Of a stretch of 51,554 nucleotides of DNA, positions 16,226-25,290 are shown piece by piece. The DNA lies in contig JAZJZC010000003.1 of assembly GCA_040390045.1 (NCBI GenBank), positions 66,115 to 117,668 on the forward strand. The letters are read 5' to 3'. The position numbers and the translations under genes are program-made. The notes under the pieces were generated by a model that ran no database searches, had not been told where the DNA came from, and worked only from the letters and a program-made list of their open reading frames with translations. Positions within the stretch are counted from its first letter, which is position 1. Each line of letters starts with the position of its first letter. Origin of the DNA: Patescibacteria group bacterium. GTDB lineage: Bacteria > Patescibacteriota > Minisyncoccia > Phycocordibacterales > SIBU01.

Positions 16226-16912
16226 ATGAATCTTACATCTACCCCAAAATGTGTCGGCATCATCATGGACGGAAATCGTCGGTGGGCTAAAGCTCGTGGG
16301 TTACCAACTCTCGAAGGTCATAGGCGAGGATATGAAAAATTGAAAGATGTTTTAAGGTGGGCAAAAAGTTTAGGCGTCGAGCACGTGATTGTCTTTGCTT
16401 TTTCAACCGAAAATTGGAATCGATCTGAAACGGAAGTTTCCTACCTATTAGATTTATTTAAGATGGTACTTACTTCGGAATTAGAAACATTAAAAAAGCA
16501 GGGCATTAGGGTACGCTGTGTCGGTGCGCTTTCGCGTTTTTCATCAGACCTGCAATTGCTTATGGCCAAGGCGGAAAAAGAAACGCTGTCTCTCGCTGGG
16601 CCAACTCTTGTCTTGGCACTGTCCTACGGTGGGCGCGCCGAGATTGTGCAGGCTACTCAGAGGCTCATCGATTCAGGAGCAAAATCAGTCAGTGAAGAAA
16701 CTTTTGGTAAAAATCTTTGGACTTCTGGTATTGCTGATCCCGATATCATAATCCGCACCGGAGGAGAGATGCGACTTTCAGGTTTCCTGCCTTGGCAGTC
16801 CGTTTACAGCGAATTGTTTTTCACGGAAACTTTTTGGCCAGATTTTTCTGAAGCAGAATTTAAAAAAGTAATTGAGGAATTTTCAGAGCGCGAGCGACGA
16901 ATGGGGCGCTAA
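16226..16912 (+). CDS. uppS: undecaprenyl diphosphate synthase
   Basis: GIIMDGNRRWAK, FAFSTENWNR and IRTGGEMRLSGFLPWQSVYSELFF. Confidence 0.9.
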   Translation: MNLTSTPKCVGIIMDGNRRWAKARGLPTLEGHRRGYEKLKDVLRWAKSLGVEHVIVFAFSTENWNRSETEVSYLLDLFKMVLTSELETLKKQGIRVRCVGALSRFSSDLQLLMAKAEKETLSLAGPTLVLALSYGGRAEIVQATQRLIDSGAKSVSEETFGKNLWTSGIADPDIIIRTGGEMRLSGFLPWQSVYSELFFTETFWPDFSEAEFKKVIEEFSERERRMGR

Positions 16913-16987
16913 ATCACAGAGCATGTAACACGTAGCATGCAGCAAGGGGTTGCAGAAAAGTCCCTAATGCTCTATGTTTTATGTTAC

Positions 16988-17836
16988 ATGTTACATGTTT
17001 CCATTCTCTACGAAGACAAGGACGTATTGGTTATAAACAAGCCGGCTGGTCTTGTAGTACACGCAGACGGTAGAACTACGGAACCAACCCTGGTGGATTG
17101 GATTTTAGAGCACTATCCGAAAATTAAAGAAGTGGGAGAGCCGTTGAAAGTAGATTCAAGATTTAAGATTCAAGATTCAGGAGAAGGGAAGGCTCAAGGT
17201 GTTCCCGATTCTATTCCTGAATCCAAAATCTTGAATCCTGAATCTGTTATCTACCGTCCCGGCATTGTTCACCGCATTGACCGCGACACATCGGGCGCTT
17301 TAGTGATTGCAAAAAATCAGAAAACCTTTTTGTTTTTAAAACAGCAATTCCAAGATCGAGAAGTCGAAAAATCTTACCGAGCATTTGTGTACGGTGTGGT
17401 CAAGGCAGACGAAGGTGTTATTGACCGGCCAATTTCCCGAAGCCGTAAAGATTTTAGAATGTGGTCGGCGCAACGTGGAGGCAAGGGTGCAGAGCGTGAG
17501 GCTGTGACTGAATATAAAGTCTTGGCGAGAATTCCTGTTGCTGCGGGAAAGATTGGCGGGGACAGTGAAGGTTTTTCTTTTTTGGAATTAAAACCAAAAA
17601 CTGGCCGTACGCATCAAATTCGTGTTCACCTCAAAGCTATCAATCACCCGGTTGTTTGTGACACTCTGTATGCACCCAAGAGAGAAGCGGCTTTTGGTTT
17701 TACTCGATTGGCACTTCACGCGTTTTCTATAAAATTTATTTTACCAAAAGGTAAACAAGTCAGTGTTGAGGCACCCTATCCTAAAGATTTTATCAATGCT
17801 CTTGAGCAAATTGGTTTAGCTTTAAAATCTGCATAA
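16988..17836 (+). CDS. RluA-family pseudouridine synthase (RluD-like, no S4 domain)
   Basis: VINKPAGLVVH, RPGIVHRIDRDTSG (catalytic Asp) and TGRTHQIRVHL. Start set at the ATG at 16988, after a word-repeat palindrome. It contains an in-frame palindromic insert. Confidence 0.85.
   Translation: MLHVSILYEDKDVLVINKPAGLVVHADGRTTEPTLVDWILEHYPKIKEVGEPLKVDSRFKIQDSGEGKAQGVPDSIPESKILNPESVIYRPGIVHRIDRDTSGALVIAKNQKTFLFLKQQFQDREVEKSYRAFVYGVVKADEGVIDRPISRSRKDFRMWSAQRGGKGAEREAVTEYKVLARIPVAAGKIGGDSEGFSFLELKPKTGRTHQIRVHLKAINHPVVCDTLYAPKREAAFGFTRLALHAFSIKFILPKGKQVSVEAPYPKDFINALEQIGLALKSA
17152..17245 (+). repeat. in-frame imperfect palindrome of (AGATTYAR)n words inside the pseudouridine synthase CDS
   Basis: The 30-nt arms at 17152-17181 and 17216-17245 match in 25 of 30 positions when one is reverse-complemented, with a 34-nt loop. 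The insert encodes DSRFKIQDSGEGKAQGVPDSIPESKILNPES just upstream of the catalytic HRIDRDTSG motif. Confidence 0.7.
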
Positions 17837-17908
17837 AGACCGGCTCAGTAGGAGGAAGAAAGCCCGGGTCTTGAGTCTTAAATCTACCTGTGATAGAGTA
17901 CTGCAACT

Positions 17909-18352
17909 ATGGCAACCAACGATTTTACCATTTCACCGATCGACGTTGAGGCTCGAAAGAAGCTTGATATTCGCGCTGGAGACACTGTCCGCGTCTGGCA
18001 GAAATTCACTGAAAAGGTGATGGAAAAGGATAAAATGAAAGAAAAAACTCGCACCCAAGCGTTTGAAGGTTTGGTGTTGGCCCGAAAGCACGGCAAGGAA
18101 TCTGGCGGTACATTTACGGTACGAAAAGTTATTGACGGAATTGGAGTTGAAAAAATATTCCCTGTTTTTGCGCCATCGATTGAAAAAGTAGAAGTGTTGC
18201 GCCGCTCTAAAGTTCGACGAGCTAAGCTCTATCACATTCGTGATAAGGCCGCTAAAGAAATTCGCAGACAAATGAGAAATACCAGAATGATGCCGACAGT
18301 GGAAGAGGTCTCAGTAGTTCCAGAAAAGGCTGCAGAAGAAACAAAAGCTTAA
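17909..18352 (+). CDS. rplS: 50S ribosomal protein L19
   Basis: [10 protein letters not shown]...[45 protein letters not shown]. Confidence 0.9.
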   Translation: MATNDFTISPIDVEARKKLDIRAGDTVRVWQKFTEKVMEKDKMKEKTRTQAFEGLVLARKHGKESGGTFTVRKVIDGIGVEKIFPVFAPSIEKVEVLRRSKVRRAKLYHIRDKAAKEIRRQMRNTRMMPTVEEVSVVPEKAAEETKA

Positions 18353-18360
18353 CAGAAAAA

Positions 18361-18394
18361 ATCCCCGATTCGCTCTGCGAATCGGGGATTTTTT
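18361..18394 (+). terminator. intrinsic terminator of rplS
   Basis: atccccgattcgc-tct-gcgaatcggggat followed by tttttt. Confidence 0.8.
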
Positions 18395-18445
18395 AAAAAG
18401 TTGAAACTGTGGCAAGTTTTGTGCCATAATGAGCCGGTGACATTT

Positions 18446-18527
18446 GCCCAGGTGGAGAAATTGGTAGACTTACTACCTTGAGGTGGTAGCGCCGTAAGGC
18501 ATGCAGGTTCGAGTCCTGTCCTGGGCA
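18446..18527 (+). tRNA. tRNA-Leu(GAG)
   Basis: Acceptor GCCCAGG/CCTGGGC, anticodon stem CTACC/GGTAG, loop TTGAGGT, long variable arm, T arm GCAGG-TTCGAGT-CCTGT. No CCA. Confidence 0.9.
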
Positions 18528-18680
18528 CAAACGAGCGAAGCGAGTATGGCCGGGATGTAAGCTCTGGGAGAGCTTACATAAGGACTCGAAGACCTTTGAT
18601 AGTTTTCTGGAGTGTAATCACGAACAGAAAACAGAAAAGGTGTACTGAAACTGTAAGTTTCGAGATTCCTGTCCTAGGCA
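18528..18680 (+). repeat. tRNA 3'-flank structured element, Leu copy
   Basis: Linker caaacgagcgaagcgagta, then tggccggga. Inserted hairpin tgtaagctc-tggga-gagcttaca (18556-18578). taaggactcgaag is the antisense T arm. gaaaaggtgtactg precedes aaac-tgtaa-gttt (18648-18660). Sense copy cgagattcctgtcctaggca at 18661-18680. Confidence 0.7.
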
Positions 18681-18716
18681 ATAACTTTCGTTACTCTAAT
18701 AATTTATTCTACTTTA

Positions 18717-19292
18717 ATGCTCTACACTCGCGCTGGAGACAAAGGAACCACTAAAACTTTTGCCTGCGATCAAAGAATTAGTAAGAGTTCTGCCGTGGCA
18801 GAGGCGCTCGGCTCGCTCGACGAAGTCAATTCTTTTTTAGGTTTGTGCAAGGTGCGTTCGGAAGCTTTAAGCTACAAGCTTAAAGCTGTCAGCTTCCCGA
18901 AAATTGTTCACGGTATTCAGCAAAACCTTTTTATTGTTCAAGCCGAATTGGCAGGTTCGCCAAAAAAAATTGAAAAGAAAAAAGTAAAAGAAGTCGAAGC
19001 CTTTGTTGATGCAGCTGAGAAAGAATTACCCCCAATCAAAACTTTTTTTATTTCAGGGGGCACTGAGCTTGCATCGTTTTTTGATGTTTCTCGTACTCTC
19101 GCCCGACGAGCGGAAAGGCGAGTGGTGGCAGTTTCTGAATCTTTCAACATGCCTTTAGACAAGGAGGGAAAGCAAAAAATTGGACCTGAAACTTTGGCCT
19201 ATCTCAACCGGCTCTCGTCACTTTTGTATGCCTTGGCAAGATTAAGTAATCACTTCGGAGGAATTAAAGAGCAGCCACCTAATTACAAATAA
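18717..19292 (+). CDS. PduO-type ATP:cob(I)alamin adenosyltransferase family protein
   Basis: N-terminal YTRAGDKGTT, then a helical bundle with LARRAERRVV and LNRLSSLLYALAR. Confidence 0.8.
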   Translation: MLYTRAGDKGTTKTFACDQRISKSSAVAEALGSLDEVNSFLGLCKVRSEALSYKLKAVSFPKIVHGIQQNLFIVQAELAGSPKKIEKKKVKEVEAFVDAAEKELPPIKTFFISGGTELASFFDVSRTLARRAERRVVAVSESFNMPLDKEGKQKIGPETLAYLNRLSSLLYALARLSNHFGGIKEQPPNYK

Positions 19293-19333
19293 GCTTGAAG
19301 CTTTTAGCTTTTAGCTGTAAGCTTCCTCATGAT

Positions 19334-19405
19334 GGTGACTATGGTGTAGCGGTAGCACAGTTCCCTGTGGAGGAATAAGTTCGGGTTCAACTCCCGATAG
19401 TCACC
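19334..19405 (+). tRNA. tRNA-His(GTG) with encoded G-1
   Basis: G-1 plus GTGACTA/TAGTCAC, discriminator C, anticodon loop CTGTGGA, T arm TCGGG-TTCAACT-CCCGA. Confidence 0.9.
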
Positions 19406-19595
19406 CACGATAAAAGCGGCGCGAGCCGCTTTTTGAGTGTGTGACTAAGGAAGTCGGCGACCCGACTTCCGGTCGGGAGTTGAAAACCTTCTCCTAAATT
19501 TCTGAGACATTCTCATGACGAAGAAATAGGAAAGGTGTACTGCTCCTGTAAGGAGAAACTCCCGAAAAATTTCGAGGGAAGCTCCCGATAGTCAC
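19406..19595 (+). repeat. tRNA 3'-flank structured element, His copy
   Basis: Terminator aaaagcggc-gcga-gccgcttttt. tgtgacta is the anti-acceptor. Inserted hairpin ggaagtcgg-cgac-ccgacttcc. cgggagttgaaaacc is the antisense T arm. ggaaaggtgtactg (19529-19542) precedes ctcc-tgtaa-ggag (19543-19555). ctcccgatagtcac (19582-19595) is an exact 14-nt direct copy of tRNA 19391-19404. Confidence 0.7.
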
Positions 19596-21932
19596 TTAAA
19601 TTTTAGATCCAAAATATTTCGCAAGACCGTATTGAACAACTAAAAGCGGAGAAATAATGCCCAAAATGATACCTAGATTAGCGAGGGAAATGTTTGGTGT
19701 GGCAACAGTGAAGAATATCGTAAGCCATGGAATATTGAAGACTGCCAGTAACAACAAAAACTCGGCCATACCAAGGAAAAGGATTTCCACTTTTTGCGAT
19801 CTTGTCACCGTTTCTTGGAAAACTTTTGGCGCGAAGACGAAGAAACTGAAACCAAAAATAATAAAGGCGAAGGAGACGAGGGTGTTCGGCTCTGCTAATT
19901 TCAAAAAATTTTGATTTAAGAAAAATATCGCGGCCACCCCAATAGTTTGAATGACTGATGAGGCAAAAGCAAAAGGCAGAACTCGTTTCAAAAACAAACC
20001 GCCGCTTGCTCTGCGAACTTTTGCCGGAGAGCGAACAACCCAATACGAAATAAGTGCTCCAGGTAAACCGATGACGCAGTAGTTGATCAGTGTGACGTTG
20101 AAAGGCGTGAGTGGGTAGGATATGTTTGCGATGCTGGTGATTATGAAAAACAAAAGGCCAATGAAGGTTTGGCTGAGAAACATACTTGAAAACATTTCAA
20201 GGTAGCGAATGATGTTGTCTGCCAATTCAACTCCTCCGGGGAGCGCGGAAAAACTGTTGTTGGTGAGAACAACTGACGCGAGACTTCGTATGGCTGGCGC
20301 GCCATCAAACATAGCAATGCCGAGGTCGGCGCTTTTGATGGCAAGCGCGTCGTTAGCGCCGTCGCCAATCATGGCCGTGAAGCCGTCTTTCTTAAAAGCT
20401 TCAATAATTTGGCGTTTTTGTTCTGGCAAAATACCAGCGAAGATGGCGTAGGATTTTACCTTTGTTTCGAAGTCTCGCTCGTTCCACAATTTCAATTCTT
20501 TACCACTGATTACGGTGTCGCTATTTTTCACTCCCGCCGCCGCGGCAACCGCGGCGGCCGTTTCCGGATTATCTCCCGAAATAATTCTAATATTCACACC
20601 TCGATTTTGGAAAAAATCGATAGTTTCGCGAATGCCTGGGCGAAGATCGCTATGAAATACAAAAACAGCGACTACGGAAAGTTTTGTTTGGTCCAAACTC
20701 TCAAGAGGCGTTTCTTCGGAGGCTCGGAAAAAACATAGACTGCGTTCTCCTTTGGTGGCCAGGGCAGCTAAAAGTTTTTCCAGCCAGAGTTTTTCTTCTT
20801 CACGTTCCATGTGCGGCAAGAAAATCTGTGCAGGCCCCGCGAAAATAACTTCTCCTTTCCCTGAACTATTTTTCAGAAGTGTCGCACCATATTGTCGCCA
20901 TGAGGAAAAGGGAAGCGCTTTTAAGATTGTGCCACCGTAACTTTTAGTGAGAAACTTTTTAATGGCATCGACTGTTTGTGATGAGTCGCCCGAACCTTCA
21001 AGGTATCCTGCAGAAAGCTCCTGTGCTTCTTCTTTTGTCACGCCGTCGGGGACTGAAATATCTTTGACCGACAAAATATTTTCGGTGATGGTGCCGGTTT
21101 TATCCATGCAAAGATTTTTGATGCGCCCGAGTTTCTCTGTGGCGTTGACCTCTTGAAGCAAGACGTGCTTGCGGAACAGGTTGGCCGCTCCGTAGGCAAA
21201 AAACAACGTGACAGCAAACACCAAACCTTGTGGCACCAAAATACTGGTTAAGGTTCCGATTTCCAGAACGACGTTTACTGCCGATTCATGGAGGATGATT
21301 CCACGCGTAACGACAAAGGCTAAAGAGATAATCAGAATGTAACTGAAAACTTTTATAATTTTCTCAGATGATTTTTGAATTAAACTCGCGTTCGTGGAAT
21401 ATTTTTTAATACCCTCAGTCATTCGAGCAATTCGGCTTTCAGTAAACGGAGTTTCGATTTCGATAGTGCTCGAGCCTGATGTGATAACCGAGCCGGCAAG
21501 AAGCGAGTCGGAATCTTTTTTGTTAATGGAGTCCGATTCTCCGGTTATCAAACCCTCGTTTACTTCTAGGTTGAAAGCATTGAGGACCCTGCTATCACAA
21601 GGGACCTGATCGCCGATTTTTAGTTTAATGACATCTCCTTTTTTAATCTGCTCCACCAAAATCAATTCCTCCGTTTTATCTTTCTTCACTCGCAATACTC
21701 GTGGCGCGGTCAAGAGTTGCAATTTCTGAAGTGCTCTCCATGCGCTGATGTCTTGAATTAAACCGAGAGAGGAGTTTATAACAACGATGATGCCAAGAAA
21801 AATTCCCGCGCGGACGTTACCAAAAGCGATAAGTAAAATTACGACTGCAATAATAATGGCATGCGTCATGAGAAATACATTCCGGTAGATGATGTATCCC
21901 AAATCACGAAGGTTGAGCGAATCTAATTTCAT
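19596..21932 (-). CDS. cation-transporting P-type ATPase
   Basis: DKTGTITEN phosphorylation motif, TGES, GDGANDALAIKSADLGIAM, and about 8 TM segments. Start set at MKLDS to avoid overlapping the divergent helicase gene. Confidence 0.85.
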   Translation of the reverse strand: MKLDSLNLRDLGYIIYRNVFLMTHAIIIAVVILLIAFGNVRAGIFLGIIVVINSSLGLIQDISAWRALQKLQLLTAPRVLRVKKDKTEELILVEQIKKGDVIKLKIGDQVPCDSRVLNAFNLEVNEGLITGESDSINKKDSDSLLAGSVITSGSSTIEIETPFTESRIARMTEGIKKYSTNASLIQKSSEKIIKVFSYILIISLAFVVTRGIILHESAVNVVLEIGTLTSILVPQGLVFAVTLFFAYGAANLFRKHVLLQEVNATEKLGRIKNLCMDKTGTITENILSVKDISVPDGVTKEEAQELSAGYLEGSGDSSQTVDAIKKFLTKSYGGTILKALPFSSWRQYGATLLKNSSGKGEVIFAGPAQIFLPHMEREEEKLWLEKLLAALATKGERSLCFFRASEETPLESLDQTKLSVVAVFVFHSDLRPGIRETIDFFQNRGVNIRIISGDNPETAAAVAAAAGVKNSDTVISGKELKLWNERDFETKVKSYAIFAGILPEQKRQIIEAFKKDGFTAMIGDGANDALAIKSADLGIAMFDGAPAIRSLASVVLTNNSFSALPGGVELADNIIRYLEMFSSMFLSQTFIGLLFFIITSIANISYPLTPFNVTLINYCVIGLPGALISYWVVRSPAKVRRASGGLFLKRVLPFAFASSVIQTIGVAAIFFLNQNFLKLAEPNTLVSFAFIIFGFSFFVFAPKVFQETVTRSQKVEILFLGMAEFLLLLAVFNIPWLTIFFTVATPNISLANLGIILGIISPLLVVQYGLAKYFGSKI

Positions 21933-22010
21933 TCTGGAATTATAGCAGAGAGTGGCATTGGCAAAAGCTCCAAAGCCCAAGTGCACCATTAAATTTGCTA
22001 CAATACCCCC

Positions 22011-23693
22011 ATGACTCAAGAGGCGGCTTTCACAATTTTAAAAACCGGGGCCAACGTTTTTTTGACGGGGGAGCCCGGCTCCGGAAAAACGCATAGCGTT
22101 AATCGCTACGTGGAATATTTGCGTGAACATGACATTGAACCAGCCATTACCGCTTCAACTGGCATTGCTGCGACGCATATTGGAGGTGTGACTATTCACT
22201 CATGGTCCGGCATCGGCATTGCCAAAGTTTTGTCGGAACAAGATCTCGATAAAATGGGAACCAACGAACGATTGACCAGGCGTGTTTCTCGCGCCAAAGT
22301 TTTGATCATTGATGAGATTTCAATGCTCGATGCTTTAACACTGACCGCGGTTGATCAGGCGTGTCGCGCACTCAGAAGAAATCAAGAAGTTTTTGGCGGA
22401 CTTCAGGTGGTGTTTGTGGGAGATTTTTTTCAGTTACCGCCAATCTCGAGAATGGGTGAGCCACCATCGAAGTTTGCCTTTATGTCGCCATCGTGGAAGG
22501 ATGCGTCGCCACTTATTTGTTATCTCACCGAGCAACACCGTCAGGATGACGAACAATTTATTTCCTTTTTATCGAGTCTTCGCAGTGGGGATGTGGATGA
22601 GGGTGCTCATTTAGCGCTCACCGAGAGAAGAATTGAACCAAAAGCCGGAGCGGCGCATACCCATACGCGATTGTATTCGCATAATATTGATGTCGACAAA
22701 GTGAATAATCAAAAATTAGCCGCCATTGCGAGCGACGTTCGTGAGTTTATTATGGATTCAGTTGGGCCGGAGAGATTATTACTCGGACTTAAAAAAGGCT
22801 GTTTGTCGCCGGAACGATTGTTGCTTAAAGTTGGCGCGCGAGTGATGTTTACCAAAAATAATTTTGAAGAAGGTTTTGCCAATGGAACACTCGGAGAAAT
22901 TTCCGGCTTTAGTGACACTGGCGCTCCAATAGTCGCGACGCTCGGCAGCGCTAAAATTGCAGTTGAGCCGATGGAGTGGACGATTACTGATGGTTCAAAA
23001 ACTTTGGCTAAAATTACCCAAGTGCCGCTTCGACTTGCCTGGGCCATAACGGTGCACAAAAGCCAAGGTATGACACTCGATGCGGCGGTGATTGATCTTT
23101 CTCAGGCGTTTGAATACGGCCAAGGCTACGTAGCGCTTTCACGAGTCCGTTCATTTTCGGGTTTGTTTTTACTCGGGTACAACCAGCGCGCGCTTGAAGT
23201 CCACCCAGACATTTTAGTTGTTGACAGTAAGTTTAAGGAGCAGTCGGAAGAGGCGGGCGATGCTTTTGAAAAATTGTCCCCAGCAGAACTTCAAAAAATG
23301 GAGAAAAATTTTATTCGAGCTTGTGGAGGAACTCCTGAGAAGATACAACCTAAGAAACTTAAAAGTTTAAAAAAGAAAATTCCTGGCGTGACAACATACG
23401 ACGAAACCTTTGACTTGTGGAAGGCGGGGAAGTCAATCGCCGAGATTGCAACGTTGCGTGAGATCGGCACGCGAACGGTCACTGCTCATTTTGAGGAACT
23501 TTTCATGCGAGGAAAAGTCACTACAGACGATTTGCGGAAAATTATTTCAATCGAGGCCGAAAAAAATTTAACCGAAATTAGAGCAGTGTTTAAAGAACTG
23601 GGCTCTGAAAAATTGGCACCGGTGTTTGAGGCACTCGGCAAAAAATATTCATACGATGATCTCAATCTCATTCGCGCCGCATTTTTGAAATAG
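22011..23693 (+). CDS. PIF1/RecD-like SF1 DNA helicase with C-terminal HTH domain
   Basis: Walker A GEPGSGKTH, VLIIDEISML, VGDFFQLPPI and AITVHKSQGMTLD. The C-terminal segment KSIAEIATLREIGTRTVTAHFEEL is HTH-like. Confidence 0.8.
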   Translation: MTQEAAFTILKTGANVFLTGEPGSGKTHSVNRYVEYLREHDIEPAITASTGIAATHIGGVTIHSWSGIGIAKVLSEQDLDKMGTNERLTRRVSRAKVLIIDEISMLDALTLTAVDQACRALRRNQEVFGGLQVVFVGDFFQLPPISRMGEPPSKFAFMSPSWKDASPLICYLTEQHRQDDEQFISFLSSLRSGDVDEGAHLALTERRIEPKAGAAHTHTRLYSHNIDVDKVNNQKLAAIASDVREFIMDSVGPERLLLGLKKGCLSPERLLLKVGARVMFTKNNFEEGFANGTLGEISGFSDTGAPIVATLGSAKIAVEPMEWTITDGSKTLAKITQVPLRLAWAITVHKSQGMTLDAAVIDLSQAFEYGQGYVALSRVRSFSGLFLLGYNQRALEVHPDILVVDSKFKEQSEEAGDAFEKLSPAELQKMEKNFIRACGGTPEKIQPKKLKSLKKKIPGVTTYDETFDLWKAGKSIAEIATLREIGTRTVTAHFEELFMRGKVTTDDLRKIISIEAEKNLTEIRAVFKELGSEKLAPVFEALGKKYSYDDLNLIRAAFLK

Positions 23694-23857
23694 ATTTCAT
23701 TCCTCCTTTCCTAAAGGAGGTGGCCGAGTCTTCGAGGTCGGAGGATTTTTAAATCCCTCGTCTCATAAGAATGAGCCACTCCTTTTAAGAAAGGGAGAAT
23801 TAAAAAACTTGTGAAGCCACATTTCGCCCACATTTTTACTGTTGTATACTTATAGTA

Positions 23858-24421
23858 ATGAAACAGAAAAAAAATGTAAAAAATTATCGCTTTGCCAATG
23901 ACATATCGATCATTCTTTTGAGTGCTGTGGTGGCCTACGGGCTCGTGCGATCAGGTGTGGTCAGTCATTTTTTGTCAGCCACAGAAGGCTACAAAGTCAT
24001 CGGTAGTTTCATTGCAGGTATTTTTTTCACCTCGGCCTTTACCATTGCACCAGCCTCGGTAGCTCTAGCTGGGTTAGCCGCTTCAGGCCCCATGTTTGTC
24101 GTAGCTTTTTGGGGCGCGCTCGGCGCGGTCTTTGGTGATCTCCTTTTATTTTTCTTTATTCGCGATGTGTTCGCCGATGACTTAATAAAAGTCTTGCGAA
24201 AGTTTTGGCGCAAGCATTTTTTCGCTTCGTTTCATTTAGGATTCTTGAAGTGGCTTTTGCCGGTACTCGGGGGAATTATTATCGCGTCGCCACTGCCCGA
24301 TGAACTGGGCCTCGCCTTGATGGGCGTTTCAAAAACCCGATTGATTTTTTTAATTCCTATTTCTTTCGTATTTAACTTTTTTGGCATTCTGCTACTTGCA
24401 ATGATTGTTCGAACGGTTTAG
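23858..24421 (+). CDS. hypothetical multi-pass membrane protein
   Basis: Five to six hydrophobic segments. No catalytic motif recognised. Confidence 0.5.
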   Translation: MKQKKNVKNYRFANDISIILLSAVVAYGLVRSGVVSHFLSATEGYKVIGSFIAGIFFTSAFTIAPASVALAGLAASGPMFVVAFWGALGAVFGDLLLFFFIRDVFADDLIKVLRKFWRKHFFASFHLGFLKWLLPVLGGIIIASPLPDELGLALMGVSKTRLIFLIPISFVFNFFGILLLAMIVRTV

Positions 24422-24432
24422 TTTTTCTGATT

Positions 24433-25290
24433 ATGACTGAACCGGAAATTATTATCGATGGAAAAAAATTTAAAATCGTCCGACAGAGTCGCCGAGGCGA
24501 GGTTACCGTTTACACCTCTGGAAAGTTTTATGCTCGGGTGGGGAAGCCAGAAGTGGTGGCGGCAATGTTGTCGCTTCATAAAAAATTCGATTCATTTGGT
24601 TTTCCAGTTGCGCCTACTGTAGGTTCTGGCGAATTTGAATCGCAAGCCTATTTTATTGAAGAGTCACTTGGTGATGAGTGTTTTAGTTTTCTGTTCAAAC
24701 ATGACTTTGACAAGGACGGGGTGATTTCGCCTGAGTTGTTCGAGCGGTTTATTTCAGTTTCCGAAAAATTTGCGCGTGCCCAACTTCGCTCCGCCACCGT
24801 AGACATGACAGATGTCTCTTTCACCAAGCTTGTCGGGCCGGATGATTTGAAAGATGAATTGCCGGAATTTTCGCAAAGAATTTCTGAGCGTTATCAGCAA
24901 GCTCTCACAGGGCTCAAAGTTTTCCCTCAAGTTTTAACACAGGGTGATTTTAACCCTCACAATATTTTTCCTAAAGGTGTTATTGATTTTGAGGAAACCT
25001 ATTATGGACCGGCCGGATATGACCTCGTAACCAACATTTTTAGCAACGAGTATTTTCCAAGTGTTACTGGTTATGAATACATTCGCCTCAGTTCTTTTAC
25101 TGATGAGCAGAAAGCCCTGTACTACAAGAGGCTCGACGCAATTTACATAGCGGCAGGGTTGCCGAAAATTTCTGATTATCTTCAGCATTTTGAATTTCTC
25201 CGAGCCATCTGGCTTGTGAAAAGGAATCATCGGATGCCCAAGCTCCAACAATGGCGCTACGAGCTTTTTAAGAAAAATTATCTGTTGTAA
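24433..25290 (+). CDS. phosphotransferase-family (APH/choline-kinase-like) protein
   Basis: TQGDFNPHNIF (HxDxxxxN-like catalytic loop with Q for H) and GVIDFEETYYGPAGYDL (DFE metal site). Confidence 0.6.
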   Translation: MTEPEIIIDGKKFKIVRQSRRGEVTVYTSGKFYARVGKPEVVAAMLSLHKKFDSFGFPVAPTVGSGEFESQAYFIEESLGDECFSFLFKHDFDKDGVISPELFERFISVSEKFARAQLRSATVDMTDVSFTKLVGPDDLKDELPEFSQRISERYQQALTGLKVFPQVLTQGDFNPHNIFPKGVIDFEETYYGPAGYDLVTNIFSNEYFPSVTGYEYIRLSSFTDEQKALYYKRLDAIYIAAGLPKISDYLQHFEFLRAIWLVKRNHRMPKLQQWRYELFKKNYLL

